A stretch of 64,000 nt of DNA from a virus (Duplodnaviria > Caudoviricetes). Shown piece by piece: positions 37,103 through 47,063 of this stretch. The DNA lies in the IMG/VR virus record IMGVR_UViG_2593339199_000002, positions 35,905 through 99,904 of that record; one strand, written 5' to 3'. The notes beneath the pieces are model-generated. The model was not told the origin of the DNA. It was given only the letters and a program-made list of their open reading frames with translations, and ran no database searches. Within the stretch, counting starts at the first letter, position 1. Every line of letters starts with the position of its first letter. The translations under genes and the position numbers were made by a program.

Positions 37103-37501
37103 ATGTCTCACTTTGCTGGTTACGAAATGAAGGTAGACAATCTGGAGTACCTGAAGAAGGCGCTGACGGAGATGGGCTACAGCTACAAGGAAAACACGAC
37201 GATCACGGATTGGGCTCATCAAACGCGCCAAGTGAAGCTGGCCGTAGTCGACAAGAACGGCAAGCTGATGGCGCTGGGCTTCAACGAGAAGCAAACGGCC
37301 AAAGGCGTATCCTACGAAGCCGTTGCAGACTGGTTCATGGTCCCTGGCGGCCAGCGCCAGTTCTCCGACACGGTTGCCCAGCTGCATGACAAGTACCGCG
37401 TCCTCGACATCTGCGAGGAGAATCGCTGGAATGTCAATGCAGAGGATATCGTCGTCAACGACAAAGGCGAAATCGAGATCATGGCCACGCAGTGGAGCTG
37501 A
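37103..37501 (+). CDS. DUF1257 (Ycf35-like) protein
   Basis: MSHF...YLKKALTEMGY...LGF...YEAVADW. Confidence 0.8.
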   Translation: MSHFAGYEMKVDNLEYLKKALTEMGYSYKENTTITDWAHQTRQVKLAVVDKNGKLMALGFNEKQTAKGVSYEAVADWFMVPGGQRQFSDTVAQLHDKYRVLDICEENRWNVNAEDIVVNDKGEIEIMATQWS

Positions 37502-37544
37502 CCCGGCAGCGTTAATCTGCCATGGGAAAGTACAAACGAATTAA

Positions 37545-37574
37545 ATCTGATCTAATCTGATCTGAGCTGATCTG
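37545..37574. repeat. Tandem ATCTG-type pentamer repeats
   Basis: ATCTGATCTAATCTGATCTGAGCTGATCTG. Confidence 0.65.
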
Positions 37575-37625
37575 GCCCGCTCCGGCGGGCTTATTCTTAC
37601 CCAAAATCGAGAGGAGCTATTCATC

Positions 37626-37835
37626 ATGCAACAGCATACAGTCAAGTTTACGGTACCAAAAGGTGGCGGCGTTAAATTCGAGGTTGTAGGCGGCACGGGG
37701 GAATCCTGCACGCTGGTGACCAAGGACATCGAGCTGCATCTGAATAAAGCCGGCACGCAGATCGACGAAGGCAAGAAACCGGAGTTCTACGAGAACGGTC
37801 CGGATATCAACGTCTTCAACTCGCTCGGCGAATAA
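37626..37835 (+). CDS. DUF2997 protein
   Basis: GGVKFEVVGGTGESC...KPEFY. Confidence 0.8.
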   Translation: MQQHTVKFTVPKGGGVKFEVVGGTGESCTLVTKDIELHLNKAGTQIDEGKKPEFYENGPDINVFNSLGE

Positions 37836-37865
37836 CCTAAAATCTTGTAACAGGAGAGATGCACA

Positions 37866-39548
37866 GTGGCAAACAATCGCAGTGGACGGAAAAGTGGCAG
37901 CTTGGCGAAGGGAGGTGAAATCAATGACCATCAAGCATTATCCTTCGATCAAGCCGGCACCGATGCCGAAGAATCTCGGGACATCCTCGCAGCTAGCGCT
38001 CCAGCAACTAGCGCGGCAGGACAGGATGGCAACGCAGATGGGCTTCCGACCACCGCGGTGGATCAAGATGAAGTAATGACGCTTTTGGCGCCATTCATCT
38101 CGAATCCTGAAGGCAGTGTGTACGCCGTTACCAACTTGCCGGAAGAGTTTGTCGCTGTGCTCTTTGCTTGGGTGTCGCGCTCGTCGAAATCCTTCAAAGA
38201 GCATTTGCTTCAAGCCATCAAAGATGGCCATATCGACATGAACAAGTACAAGGATGCCAATGCATTCGAGCAGTTGACCGAGAAGGCGTCGGCCTTCCAC
38301 GAGAAGTGGACCGTTGGTTACGGACACAGCTCCGTCGCCGAGCATGCCATCACGCATGTCGGCATCGAGAAGGTCAGTCGTCTGGCATCGGCTGAACTGG
38401 AGCTCTCCAACGAGTTCTATTCGATTACCGAGTATTCGCAGCGCTACCAGAAGCCGGTCCTCGGCGGATGGTACAATCCGTATGGCACGGAGGCGGAAGC
38501 GGGCGACACGGATGATTGGATGATCTATGAAACCTTTATGCACCGCAGCTACATCGTGTTCGAGCAATTGATTGAAGGCGTGAAGCGTCATTTCATGGCC
38601 CAGGAAGATAAGCAGCTACAGGCGATGTCTCCGAAGCAATACGAACGCCGCATGGCTGCCATCGAGAAGCTGGCCTTTGAAGACGCGCGTTATGCACTCC
38701 CACTCGCCATGCATACGCAGCTCGGCATGACGGCAAACGGTCGCGCTTGGCGGGATGGACTCGTCAATCTGTACAGTTCCGATTATCGCGAAACACGGCA
38801 ACTGGCAGATGACTTGAAAAACGAAATCACCAAGGTCTTGCCGACCTTATTGAAATATGCAAATCCTTCGCAGTACCAGATCAACAGTAAGAAACGTAAT
38901 AAGGCGTTCTTCAATGGAGCCAAGGGGCAGGGAGAAGGGCAAGCGGCTCGCCTGATCAGCTTCCCGGATGAGCGCGCTGGCCTCAATACGCTTCTTGCAC
39001 TGGTGTATGTCGAACAGTATGGCATCCCGTTCAATGAAGCCCTTGCTCGAGCTGGCACGATGTCAGATGAGAACATGAAAAAGTTCATGGACGGCATGAT
39101 GTTCGAGTTCGGCAAGTTCGACAACCCGCCGGAGGCATTCAAGCAGCTCGATTACCGCGCTGAGCTGCTGATCTCGGAGGCAAACTGGCACCAGCTGCTG
39201 CGACACAACCGTAAGACAAATTTCATCTTTAACGAACCGACTCCTTACCAGGGCATCACAATCCCGCCGCGGATTCGCGAAGCCGGCTTGGAGGACCTAC
39301 TGATCTTGCATGCTAACCTTGCTGAGTCGATGTTCAAAGGCATGGAAGCGGACATTGCGCCGTATGTCGTGCTGAATGCACATCGGCGACGCATCGTCGC
39401 TCACTTCGATCTGTGGGAGGCTTACCATCTGATCAATCTTCGTACCAGCGAAGAAGCACAATGGGACATCCGTCAAACCTTTACCGACCTGTATAATCAG
39501 CTCATGTTCGTAAATCCGAACCTGATCCAGTATGCAAAAAGAAGGTAA
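37866..39548 (+). CDS. thyX: FAD-dependent thymidylate synthase, two-domain type
   Basis: GYGHSSVAEHA, EYSQRY, EDARYALP, QLLRH, INLRT...AQWDIR. Confidence 0.85.
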   Translation: MANNRSGRKSGSLAKGGEINDHQALSFDQAGTDAEESRDILAASAPATSAAGQDGNADGLPTTAVDQDEVMTLLAPFISNPEGSVYAVTNLPEEFVAVLFAWVSRSSKSFKEHLLQAIKDGHIDMNKYKDANAFEQLTEKASAFHEKWTVGYGHSSVAEHAITHVGIEKVSRLASAELELSNEFYSITEYSQRYQKPVLGGWYNPYGTEAEAGDTDDWMIYETFMHRSYIVFEQLIEGVKRHFMAQEDKQLQAMSPKQYERRMAAIEKLAFEDARYALPLAMHTQLGMTANGRAWRDGLVNLYSSDYRETRQLADDLKNEITKVLPTLLKYANPSQYQINSKKRNKAFFNGAKGQGEGQAARLISFPDERAGLNTLLALVYVEQYGIPFNEALARAGTMSDENMKKFMDGMMFEFGKFDNPPEAFKQLDYRAELLISEANWHQLLRHNRKTNFIFNEPTPYQGITIPPRIREAGLEDLLILHANLAESMFKGMEADIAPYVVLNAHRRRIVAHFDLWEAYHLINLRTSEEAQWDIRQTFTDLYNQLMFVNPNLIQYAKRR

Positions 39549-39583
39549 CATGATAAAATAGTAATGCATTACATTTTATCATG
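39549..39583. promoter_or_regulatory. Long inverted repeat centred on GTAATGCATTAC
   Basis: CATGATAAAAT-A-GTAATGCATTAC-ATTTTATCATG. Confidence 0.65.
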
Positions 39584-39600
39584 ATCGGAGGATGACGGAC

Positions 39601-39939
39601 GTGGCTAATCTTGTACAAGCACAAGCGATTTTCACAGAATTGCTGGGAAAATACGAAGGCGCTGAACAAATGCGCAATGCACAGTTCGGCGGCATGTATC
39701 GCGAAAATAATGCAGCTGCTCATCAAACGAAACTGTCTTTCGACAAGCAGTTTAAAGATGCGGTGGCCGCAAATAAACCGGCCGATATGCAATCGACTTT
39801 TGACGCTTTGCTCAAAAAGTTCGAAGGTGCAGATCACATGCGCAACTTCGCGGCTTCCACTCGATACATCGAAGATGAGAAGATCACGAAGGAAACAGTG
39901 AAGGCGTTCAAAGCCCGCTTCGCGGCGGCTATGGCCTAA
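39601..39939 (+). CDS. Small protein with an internal duplication
   Basis: FTELLGKYEGAEQMRN / FDALLKKFEGADHMRN; start 39592 or 39601. Confidence 0.7.
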   Translation: MANLVQAQAIFTELLGKYEGAEQMRNAQFGGMYRENNAAAHQTKLSFDKQFKDAVAANKPADMQSTFDALLKKFEGADHMRNFAASTRYIEDEKITKETVKAFKARFAAAMA

Positions 39940-39944
39940 ACACC

Positions 39945-39973
39945 AAGGGGGCCACTTTATAGTGGCCCCTTTT
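39945..39973 (+). terminator. Intrinsic terminator
   Basis: GGGGCCACT/AGTGGCCCC plus T run. Confidence 0.8.
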
Positions 39974-40006
39974 CTTTTTCAGTTATTAAAGAGTGGAGGG
40001 GAAGAC

Positions 40007-40165
40007 ATGAAGGGCAAGTACATCTCTGAGGTTGGGCATTTTGATGGCTTAATCAAAAATAAAGTGTATGAAATCATTGATGAAAACATCGAGCAATACA
40101 AGGTAGAAAACGAACTTGGAGGATTTTCTTGGTGTCAGAAGGGGAAATTCGAGATTCAAGACTGA
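40007..40165 (+). CDS. Small hypothetical protein
   Basis: GGAGG RBS. Confidence 0.5.
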   Translation: MKGKYISEVGHFDGLIKNKVYEIIDENIEQYKVENELGGFSWCQKGKFEIQD

Positions 40166-40191
40166 ATAAAATATGACTTCCATCTACATAA

Positions 40192-40212
40192 GTCGCTGAC
40201 GCTCCGTTTCAT
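40192..40212 (+). promoter_or_regulatory. TGAC-loop hairpin motif copy 17
   Basis: GTCGC-TGAC-GCTCC-GT-TTCAT. Confidence 0.7.
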
Positions 40213-40239
40213 GTCAGTTAAGAAAAAAGGGGGACCATC

Positions 40240-42216
40240 ATGGCCATCGAACAACAAAATGTCATTTCCATGCATCAAGTTCAGGCACTGCTGAATGAGC
40301 TCAATCCCATGCAGCGCCAGGCTGCAGAAGCGTTATATGGGCCGGTTCTGGTACTGGCCGGAGCGGGAAGCGGCAAGACCAAGACCCTGACCTACCGGAT
40401 CGCCAATATGTTAGCACACGGCATTCCTTCCAGCGACATGTTTGTCGCCACCTTTACGAACAAAGCCGCTCGCGAGATGAAAGAGCGGATCGCGAAGGCA
40501 GTTGGTGAAGAAAACGTAAAGGGGCTCTGGATGGGCACCTTCCATAGCCTGTGCGTCCGAATCCTGCGTCGTCATGGTCATTACCTGGGATATGACTCCA
40601 GCTTCTCGATCTATGACACCAGTGATTCGTTAAACATGATCGAGCGGATCTATAAAATCATGAAGATTGACGAGAAATATAAGCCGGGCCTCGCGCTGTA
40701 TTACATGGACAACGCGAAGAATAACCTGGCGCTGCCGGACTGGTGCATGCTGCACATGGCGCAAACGCCGCAGGATGAAGTCATGGCGATCGTGTACGAC
40801 AATTATCAGCGCATGATGAAAGAAGCCAACGCCATGGACTTCGGCGATCTGATCATGAACGTCGTATATCTGATGGAGACGAACCAGACGGTCCGGGATT
40901 ACTGGCAGAACAAGTTCAAGTTCGTGTATTCAGATGAATACCAGGACTCGAACCACGCCCAGTTCAGATTGCTTCTGAATCTGGCCTTCCCGCACAACAA
41001 TCTGTTCGTGGTCGGCGATCATCGGCAGTCCATTTACAAGTTCCGCGGAGCTGATGTCCGCAACATTCTGCAATTCGAGATCCAGTATCCGGGCGCACAG
41101 CTGATCAATCTGAATCAGAATTACCGCTCCACGCAGGTCATCGTGCATGCCGGCAACGTCATTCACCGCAACAATTCGGTCCAGAAGGGCGAGGAGCTCT
41201 TTACGGAAGCCGAGACGGGGCAGAAGATCGTAATCGCAAAGAACGAGAACGAGACGAAGGAAGCGGCGTTCATCGCCTACATGATTCAGAAGAAGGTCAA
41301 GGAGGGCCGCAAATATTCGGACTTTGCGATCCTATACCGCGCGAACAGTCAGTCGGCGCCGTTTGAGCAGCTGTTCATGCATAACATGATTCCGTATAAG
41401 GTCGTCGGCGGTACCGGATTCTTCCAGCGCGAAGAAATCAAGGACGTCGTGGCTTACCTGCGCGTCATGCATAACCGCAAGGATGATTCCGCGCTACTTC
41501 GGATCCTGAACAAGCCGGCGCGCGGCATCGGCGACACCAGCCAGAATCATATCACAGCCTATGCTGACACGCAGAAGGTGAGCGTTTATCGCGCACTGAA
41601 AGCCGTGGACAGCATTCCGGAGATCAAGAAGGCCGCGGCAACCAAAATCAAGGACTTCCTCGATCTGATCGAGAAGCTGCATGAGCGGCAGACCGGCGAT
41701 ATCTTGAAGTTCGTGCGTACGGTGGTAGAGATGAGTGGCTACTGGAACATGTGGGCCTCGAAGCCGAATAAAGAGCATGAGGAGCGCCTGCAGAATATCG
41801 AGGAGTTCTTCCGGCTCGTCGAGCGTTACAAGACCGAAAATGAAGGCAAGACGCTCGCCGACTTCTTGCAAGAGATCAGCTTGCTGATGGACTTTGAGGA
41901 CGGCAAAGCCGACAATGCGGTACGTCTCATGAGCATGCATGCTTCCAAGGGCTTGGAGTTCCCAGTCGTCTTTATTTCTGGATGTGTTGAAGGTGTCTTC
42001 CCATCCTGGCGAAGTCAAGAACAAGAGGACTTAGAGGAAGAACGCCGACTTGCATACGTGGGCATTACAAGAGCCGAAAAGGAACTGTTTATGACGCATA
42101 CAGAGAAGCGTACTCACTTCCGTGGCGGCATGCAGGCCTGTGAACCATCTCGTTTCTTAAACGAGCTTCCTCAAGAAATCGTGCAGAATATCGATCTTTC
42201 CGCTAAAAAATCATAG
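40240..42216 (+). CDS. pcrA: PcrA/UvrD-family SF1 helicase
   Basis: AGAGSGKT, TFTNKAA, DEYQD, NYRST, HASKGLEF, EERRLAYVGITRA. Confidence 0.93.
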   Translation: MAIEQQNVISMHQVQALLNELNPMQRQAAEALYGPVLVLAGAGSGKTKTLTYRIANMLAHGIPSSDMFVATFTNKAAREMKERIAKAVGEENVKGLWMGTFHSLCVRILRRHGHYLGYDSSFSIYDTSDSLNMIERIYKIMKIDEKYKPGLALYYMDNAKNNLALPDWCMLHMAQTPQDEVMAIVYDNYQRMMKEANAMDFGDLIMNVVYLMETNQTVRDYWQNKFKFVYSDEYQDSNHAQFRLLLNLAFPHNNLFVVGDHRQSIYKFRGADVRNILQFEIQYPGAQLINLNQNYRSTQVIVHAGNVIHRNNSVQKGEELFTEAETGQKIVIAKNENETKEAAFIAYMIQKKVKEGRKYSDFAILYRANSQSAPFEQLFMHNMIPYKVVGGTGFFQREEIKDVVAYLRVMHNRKDDSALLRILNKPARGIGDTSQNHITAYADTQKVSVYRALKAVDSIPEIKKAAATKIKDFLDLIEKLHERQTGDILKFVRTVVEMSGYWNMWASKPNKEHEERLQNIEEFFRLVERYKTENEGKTLADFLQEISLLMDFEDGKADNAVRLMSMHASKGLEFPVVFISGCVEGVFPSWRSQEQEDLEEERRLAYVGITRAEKELFMTHTEKRTHFRGGMQACEPSRFLNELPQEIVQNIDLSAKKS

Positions 42217-42307
42217 ATTTCGACGAGCTTCTTGATTATAATAACTTGTAGCGGGTTATATTATGCTCAAGAAGCTTTTTTTTGAGGAGAGAAGGTGTGG
42301 TCTTATA

Positions 42308-43339
42308 ATGTCTATGACCCAGCGAAAGGTTGCTAGGGAAGATATTTTTAAGTACATGGAAGCGTTAATTAAGAAGTCTCGGAACGGTGAAGCCGAGGTT
42401 TCGACATCTCATCTTGCAGAGCACTTTGGTGTTAAAGGACCATCTATGGAATATCATCTGAAGAACCTCGTTGAAGAGGGTTCATTATTACTTTCAGATA
42501 GACGCGGTGCCTATAATCGTAAAATATATAAACTGCCTGGTGGGCGCGCCATGAACGTTCAGACTCCACTTTCAGGTGACGCTTTGAAGGAACAGCTTAT
42601 AAAAATCAAGGATCAAGCTCTCGGGATCGGGTCAGCAGCCAAGACATCCGAGCAGGAGAAACCATCCAGCGATCTTCCACCCGTTCGGCGCTTGCATGTA
42701 GTGACGCCGCTTCATCCGGAAAAGCAAGGTGAGCAGCCAGCTGCACAAGAACAAATTTGGGATGAAGAACAAGAGAAACGCCTGCAAAAGGCGCGCGAGC
42801 AACTAGATAAAGAAGATCGGGAAAAAGAGCAGCTTTTGCGCGATCTTGAGCGTCGCGAGAAGACGCTGGAGGAGAAGATCGACGACTTTACGGAGCGCAC
42901 GCGGGCCGTGCCGCAGCCGCAGGAAATGCTCACGAAGGATGATCGTGAGATCCTGGCGGTGATGAACGAATCCATTCAGCAGAATATCCTGTACATGAAG
43001 GATCTTGCGCAGCAGCTCTCCACGGTGGAAACCAAGGCGATGGTGCAGCATCTAATCGAGGATCGCAACCAGAACCTGGAGAAGATCGCCAAGATGGAGC
43101 AGGAGCTAAAGGATACGTATCGCCGGCTGAACGAAGCACAACAGGCGCAGAGTAACAAGGAAAGCAACGCGCCGGATCCCGGCCGCATTCGTATGATGCA
43201 GCAGCTCATCGCGGCGACCGTGGACCAGTTTGTGGATTCACCAAATCATACGATGGCTCTGAACAAAGGCGAGTTCCGCAAGAACTTGAACAAGGATATT
43301 ACGAGTCTGATTCAATACGTGCTTGGCATTCAGAATTAG
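42308..43339 (+). CDS. Winged-HTH plus coiled-coil protein
   Basis: HLAEHFGVKGPSMEYHLKNLVEEG. Confidence 0.7.
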   Translation: MSMTQRKVAREDIFKYMEALIKKSRNGEAEVSTSHLAEHFGVKGPSMEYHLKNLVEEGSLLLSDRRGAYNRKIYKLPGGRAMNVQTPLSGDALKEQLIKIKDQALGIGSAAKTSEQEKPSSDLPPVRRLHVVTPLHPEKQGEQPAAQEQIWDEEQEKRLQKAREQLDKEDREKEQLLRDLERREKTLEEKIDDFTERTRAVPQPQEMLTKDDREILAVMNESIQQNILYMKDLAQQLSTVETKAMVQHLIEDRNQNLEKIAKMEQELKDTYRRLNEAQQAQSNKESNAPDPGRIRMMQQLIAATVDQFVDSPNHTMALNKGEFRKNLNKDITSLIQYVLGIQN

Positions 43340-43381
43340 GCGGCCGCGTGCCGCTTTTTTCATGTCTGGAAAGGGGCTTTA

Positions 43382-43546
43382 ATGAATATCGTACAGGACC
43401 AGAGTGATCTGATCATCAAAGAATATGATGACTTCCTGGAATATCGGACTGATCGAGATACGATGGAGCTTGAAGGATATGAGTATCTGCTCATCTCAAC
43501 ATGCAATTCCCGCGGTAAGTATGTTGTGAACTACATGCGCCGCTGA
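43382..43546 (+). CDS. Small hypothetical protein
   Basis: AAGGGG RBS; TGA stop is the loop of motif copy 18. Confidence 0.45.
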   Translation: MNIVQDQSDLIIKEYDDFLEYRTDRDTMELEGYEYLLISTCNSRGKYVVNYMRR

Positions 43547-43559
43547 CGCGGCAGTTCAT
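43539..43559 (+). promoter_or_regulatory. TGAC-loop hairpin motif copy 18
   Basis: GCCGC-TGAC-GCGGC-AG-TTCAT. Confidence 0.85.
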
Positions 43560-43585
43560 CAAAGTTAATTACATGGAGGTGTCTC

Positions 43586-44953
43586 ATGTCGCGTTATTAT
43601 CCTGACTGGTTCAAGGAGCAGTTGAAAGATAAGGCTGATCTGGCGCAGGTAATCAGCCAATTCGTACAGCTCTCTCCGCTTGGAACCAATTTGTTTGGCG
43701 TATGTCCGTTTCATGACGATCATAGCCCAAGCATGCAGGTCAAACCGGAGACGAATACGTTCTTCTGCCATTCCTGCGCAGCCGGCAGTAAGCATCATAG
43801 CCGGGTGCAATCCTCGGACGTATACGGTTTCCTGAAGGGCGCATTGAGCGGCAATATGGCTGATGCCATCGAATGGCTGGCCAATTTTCTGGGCGAGCAG
43901 TTGCCGATCATGGATGCCGAGGAACAGAAGAAGGCGACGCTTCGCGGCAGGTGGTATGATTTCTGCAATGCGGCGGCCGATCGCTTTACGAACAATCTAC
44001 TGAACAACAAGGAAGCAGTCAACTACTTGTATCACCGTGGCTTCACGATGCAGGATATCCTGAATTGGAAGCTCGGCTTCGGTGATAAGGTGGACTATGA
44101 CTTCCGAAATACCGATGAACGGATCGTATTCTCGTTATTCGACTACAGCGGCAACGTGGTCAGTTTTACCGGCCGAGTCCTGATGCCTGATCATGTTCTC
44201 AAGGAGACGAATGAGAAGCTCGGCACGGAAGGAAAGGGGAGAATCCTCAAATACCTGGATCGCTATCCGGTAAAGAAGGATGATCCGTATTACCATGACC
44301 ATCCGTATCCGGAGTTCGACAAACGCAATCATTTGTACGGCATGCATGCGGCTAAGGATTATATCCGACAGTGGGGCACTGTGGCGCTCGCTGAGGGCTG
44401 GACGGATGTAATTAAGCTGCACAAGTATGGCGTGAAGCACGCGGTCAGCACGATGGGTGTGGCGCTCACAGAGGCGCAGGTAATGCTCATGAAGCGCTCG
44501 GGCGCTAAACGGTGCATGATTCTCCGTGACGGGGACAAGGCCGGTTATGATGCGGCGCAGCGCGACGGCGCGATCCTGGAGAAGCATGGTATCCTGCCGA
44601 TGATCGTGCCGCTCGAGATGGGCATTGACCCGTGCGAGCTCTGCGACCAGTTCTATGGCGAGCACGACCGGCTGGCCAAGTACCTGACAGACAATGCCAT
44701 GACGTTGCCTCAGTTCAAGATCATGCGTGTGCTGGACGAGACGACTGGCCAGATTCATTATCATCAAAAGCAGCTCGCCTTCCTGCAAAACGAGCGGATG
44801 CAGCGCGTCATCCAGGTGCTCAGTACGATTGAGGATCCGGTGGAGCAGGACATTTACATCCGGCAGGTGTCGGAGCTGTTCAGCATTTCTTATGCCGCCA
44901 TTCAGGAAAATGTAATGCATTACAGCAAAAATCAGACGTTTATGATACAATAA
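43586..44953 (+). CDS. dnaG: DNA primase (CHC2 Zn finger plus TOPRIM)
   Basis: CPFHDD...CHSC, FTGR, AEGWTD, DGDKAG. Confidence 0.93.
   Translation: MSRYYPDWFKEQLKDKADLAQVISQFVQLSPLGTNLFGVCPFHDDHSPSMQVKPETNTFFCHSCAAGSKHHSRVQSSDVYGFLKGALSGNMADAIEWLANFLGEQLPIMDAEEQKKATLRGRWYDFCNAAADRFTNNLLNNKEAVNYLYHRGFTMQDILNWKLGFGDKVDYDFRNTDERIVFSLFDYSGNVVSFTGRVLMPDHVLKETNEKLGTEGKGRILKYLDRYPVKKDDPYYHDHPYPEFDKRNHLYGMHAAKDYIRQWGTVALAEGWTDVIKLHKYGVKHAVSTMGVALTEAQVMLMKRSGAKRCMILRDGDKAGYDAAQRDGAILEKHGILPMIVPLEMGIDPCELCDQFYGEHDRLAKYLTDNAMTLPQFKIMRVLDETTGQIHYHQKQLAFLQNERMQRVIQVLSTIEDPVEQDIYIRQVSELFSISYAAIQENVMHYSKNQTFMIQ
44911..44924. promoter_or_regulatory. Perfect TGTAATGCATTACA palindrome
   Basis: Inside the dnaG 3' end, upstream of TATGAT before the next gene. 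Confidence 0.6.
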
Positions 44954-44979
44954 GCTCATAATGAAGGAGGTATTGCTGC

Positions 44980-45657
44980 ATGAGCAACTATAATAACGGC
45001 GGAAAGCGTAATTTCGGCGATGGCGGGAGCTTTGATCTATCCAAATATGAAACGGTTAAATCGCGGAAGACGCGCCTGCGGACGGATCATCCGAATGCAC
45101 TCATTTATCCGATGCAAATTTCAGGTGTCCAATACGCAAATCACTTTGTTGTACATCTGGCTCTCGTCTGGAAGGACAAGGCGACGAAGAACAACACGGC
45201 CGAGGCGATTCTTGCAATCACCGAGCTTTGCAAAACGATCACCATGGACAATGCAAGCATCGTTGCTTCAGCGATCGGCTTGGTTCTGAACGCCGATTCG
45301 GTTGGCCATAGCTTGTCGATCGCCGGCGGTGCCAAGGCGGACAAGAACGCCTGGATGGAAAACTGCGAGGAGTCCGCGGTTGGCCGCGCGCTCGACAACA
45401 TGGGCTACCATAGCGGCAGCGCAAGTCAAGAAGAAATGCTCAAGGTGCAGCATACCGAAGCGGCCCAGCAAGAGCGCGTCCAGCTCGAAAACGAGATTAA
45501 TGGCATGCTGATGGATTATGCTTCTCGCGGAGCCAATCTGCAACAGCTGCAGCAAGCTTGCATCATGAGCACAAAGCAATTCACATTCCTGCACGAGCTG
45601 ACAATTGACGAGCTGCGCACCGTGATCGGCGTGCTTCGCGGCACTCCGGCAGCGTAA
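44980..45657 (+). CDS. Hypothetical protein, possible single-strand annealing protein
   Basis: ENCEESAVGRALDNMGY motif. Confidence 0.55.
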   Translation: MSNYNNGGKRNFGDGGSFDLSKYETVKSRKTRLRTDHPNALIYPMQISGVQYANHFVVHLALVWKDKATKNNTAEAILAITELCKTITMDNASIVASAIGLVLNADSVGHSLSIAGGAKADKNAWMENCEESAVGRALDNMGYHSGSASQEEMLKVQHTEAAQQERVQLENEINGMLMDYASRGANLQQLQQACIMSTKQFTFLHELTIDELRTVIGVLRGTPAA

Positions 45658-45731
45658 TTCTATTTTTCTATTTTCCTATGGAAAACTTCTCCTCACTTGT
45701 GCTATGATAGGCGCGAGAGGGAGATGATTGA

Positions 45732-46289
45732 ATGTCGAATCATTTAAACATGCTACGAAATGCTCCAACAGCAGCCGACTTGCTCAAGCAAGCTACCAAT
45801 ATCGACGATAAGCCAAAGCCAGCTGCCGGGATCGGCATCAGGCGAAATGCGGGACAACCCCCTGTTCCTGCTCCGATTGAGCATCAGGAGGCGTCAGCAG
45901 GCATCCAGGAAAGTGCAGCGGCCATCGAGGCGCCGCCGGCAAGACGATCAGTTTCACGAACTGTCGATGCCGAACCAAGGAGCTCGGCAAGAAAGAAAAA
46001 CGAAGGCGAGTCCGAACTGGGCTTGCAGCGCGCATGGCGCACAGGGCTGACCGAAGCCGATTACGGTAAGCGGTCAAAACCGCACCAAGTTTACATTTAC
46101 AATAAGCATGTGAATCGCTGGCTCAAGAACTTCTCCGACGAGAACAAGGACGAGGGTGGCGAGCCGATCATCAAGAATGCACTGTTTGAGGCGATTCTTG
46201 ATGTGGTCATCTACGACATGGGCTTAGAGCCATCGGGCTTTAAGAATGTCGAGGAGATCCGCAACTATTTACGCAGCAAATTGAAGTAA
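45732..46289 (+). CDS. Hypothetical protein with disordered N-terminus
   Basis: ORF; GAGGGAG RBS. Confidence 0.65.
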   Translation: MSNHLNMLRNAPTAADLLKQATNIDDKPKPAAGIGIRRNAGQPPVPAPIEHQEASAGIQESAAAIEAPPARRSVSRTVDAEPRSSARKKNEGESELGLQRAWRTGLTEADYGKRSKPHQVYIYNKHVNRWLKNFSDENKDEGGEPIIKNALFEAILDVVIYDMGLEPSGFKNVEEIRNYLRSKLK

Positions 46290-46383
46290 TTTCGAGGGCA
46301 TTGCATCTTATAAGATGTAATGCCTTTCATTTTGTTTAAGATATGGTATAATCATACGAGAGGAACACGGAAGGGGAAATATC

Positions 46384-47061
46384 ATGGAGCTCCTGAGTGC
46401 TTACATATACAGCAACGCTCCGATGCAACTGACTTTAATCAGCTACGAATCGCTGGAAAAGTTGAAAGACATCGAATGGTTTGAAGATGCACGCACGCCG
46501 GACCGGTTTAAGATTCTCAATAAGCGGTTCAAGATTGAGGGCATTTGGTACCGCGTCGTCTTGCGTTTCAAGAAGGTTGGCGAAGTTTTGGACCTGGATA
46601 CGCCCATTCCGTTTGCAGTTATTCAAACAGAAATTGCCGGCATGAAAGGATCCGTGCAGGACATTGCCGTTCAATTCAAGGATGTGCGCGCCTGGCACGG
46701 CAATACGATCAAACAGACGCATAATTATATCCGCGAAGGCGTCCCCGCAGAGTTGATCGATACGATCATGCAGGAATTGCGGGAAAATCTGATTTACCAA
46801 GGCGATAAGCGGAGGCCAAAGACGCGCGCCGAAATCGACCGAAATCAAGGTGAGCTCGACATTACGCATGCGGATTTCATGGAGCGTCGGGAAACTCAAG
46901 CCCGTCCGATCCGGATGCTGCAATTAGGCCGGTCAGTGGCGGAAATGATTGGCATAGAGTCAGTCATGGTTGATGAAATCATCAATCGCGCACAATCCAT
47001 TTATCGAAATGGTGGGCCTGATCTTGATATTGATTTTCCAGCCATTAACGAGGAGGAATAG
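46384..47061 (+). CDS. Hypothetical protein
   Basis: ORF preceded by TGGTATAAT. Confidence 0.75.
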   Translation: MELLSAYIYSNAPMQLTLISYESLEKLKDIEWFEDARTPDRFKILNKRFKIEGIWYRVVLRFKKVGEVLDLDTPIPFAVIQTEIAGMKGSVQDIAVQFKDVRAWHGNTIKQTHNYIREGVPAELIDTIMQELRENLIYQGDKRRPKTRAEIDRNQGELDITHADFMERRETQARPIRMLQLGRSVAEMIGIESVMVDEIINRAQSIYRNGGPDLDIDFPAINEEE

Positions 47062-47063
47062 GC

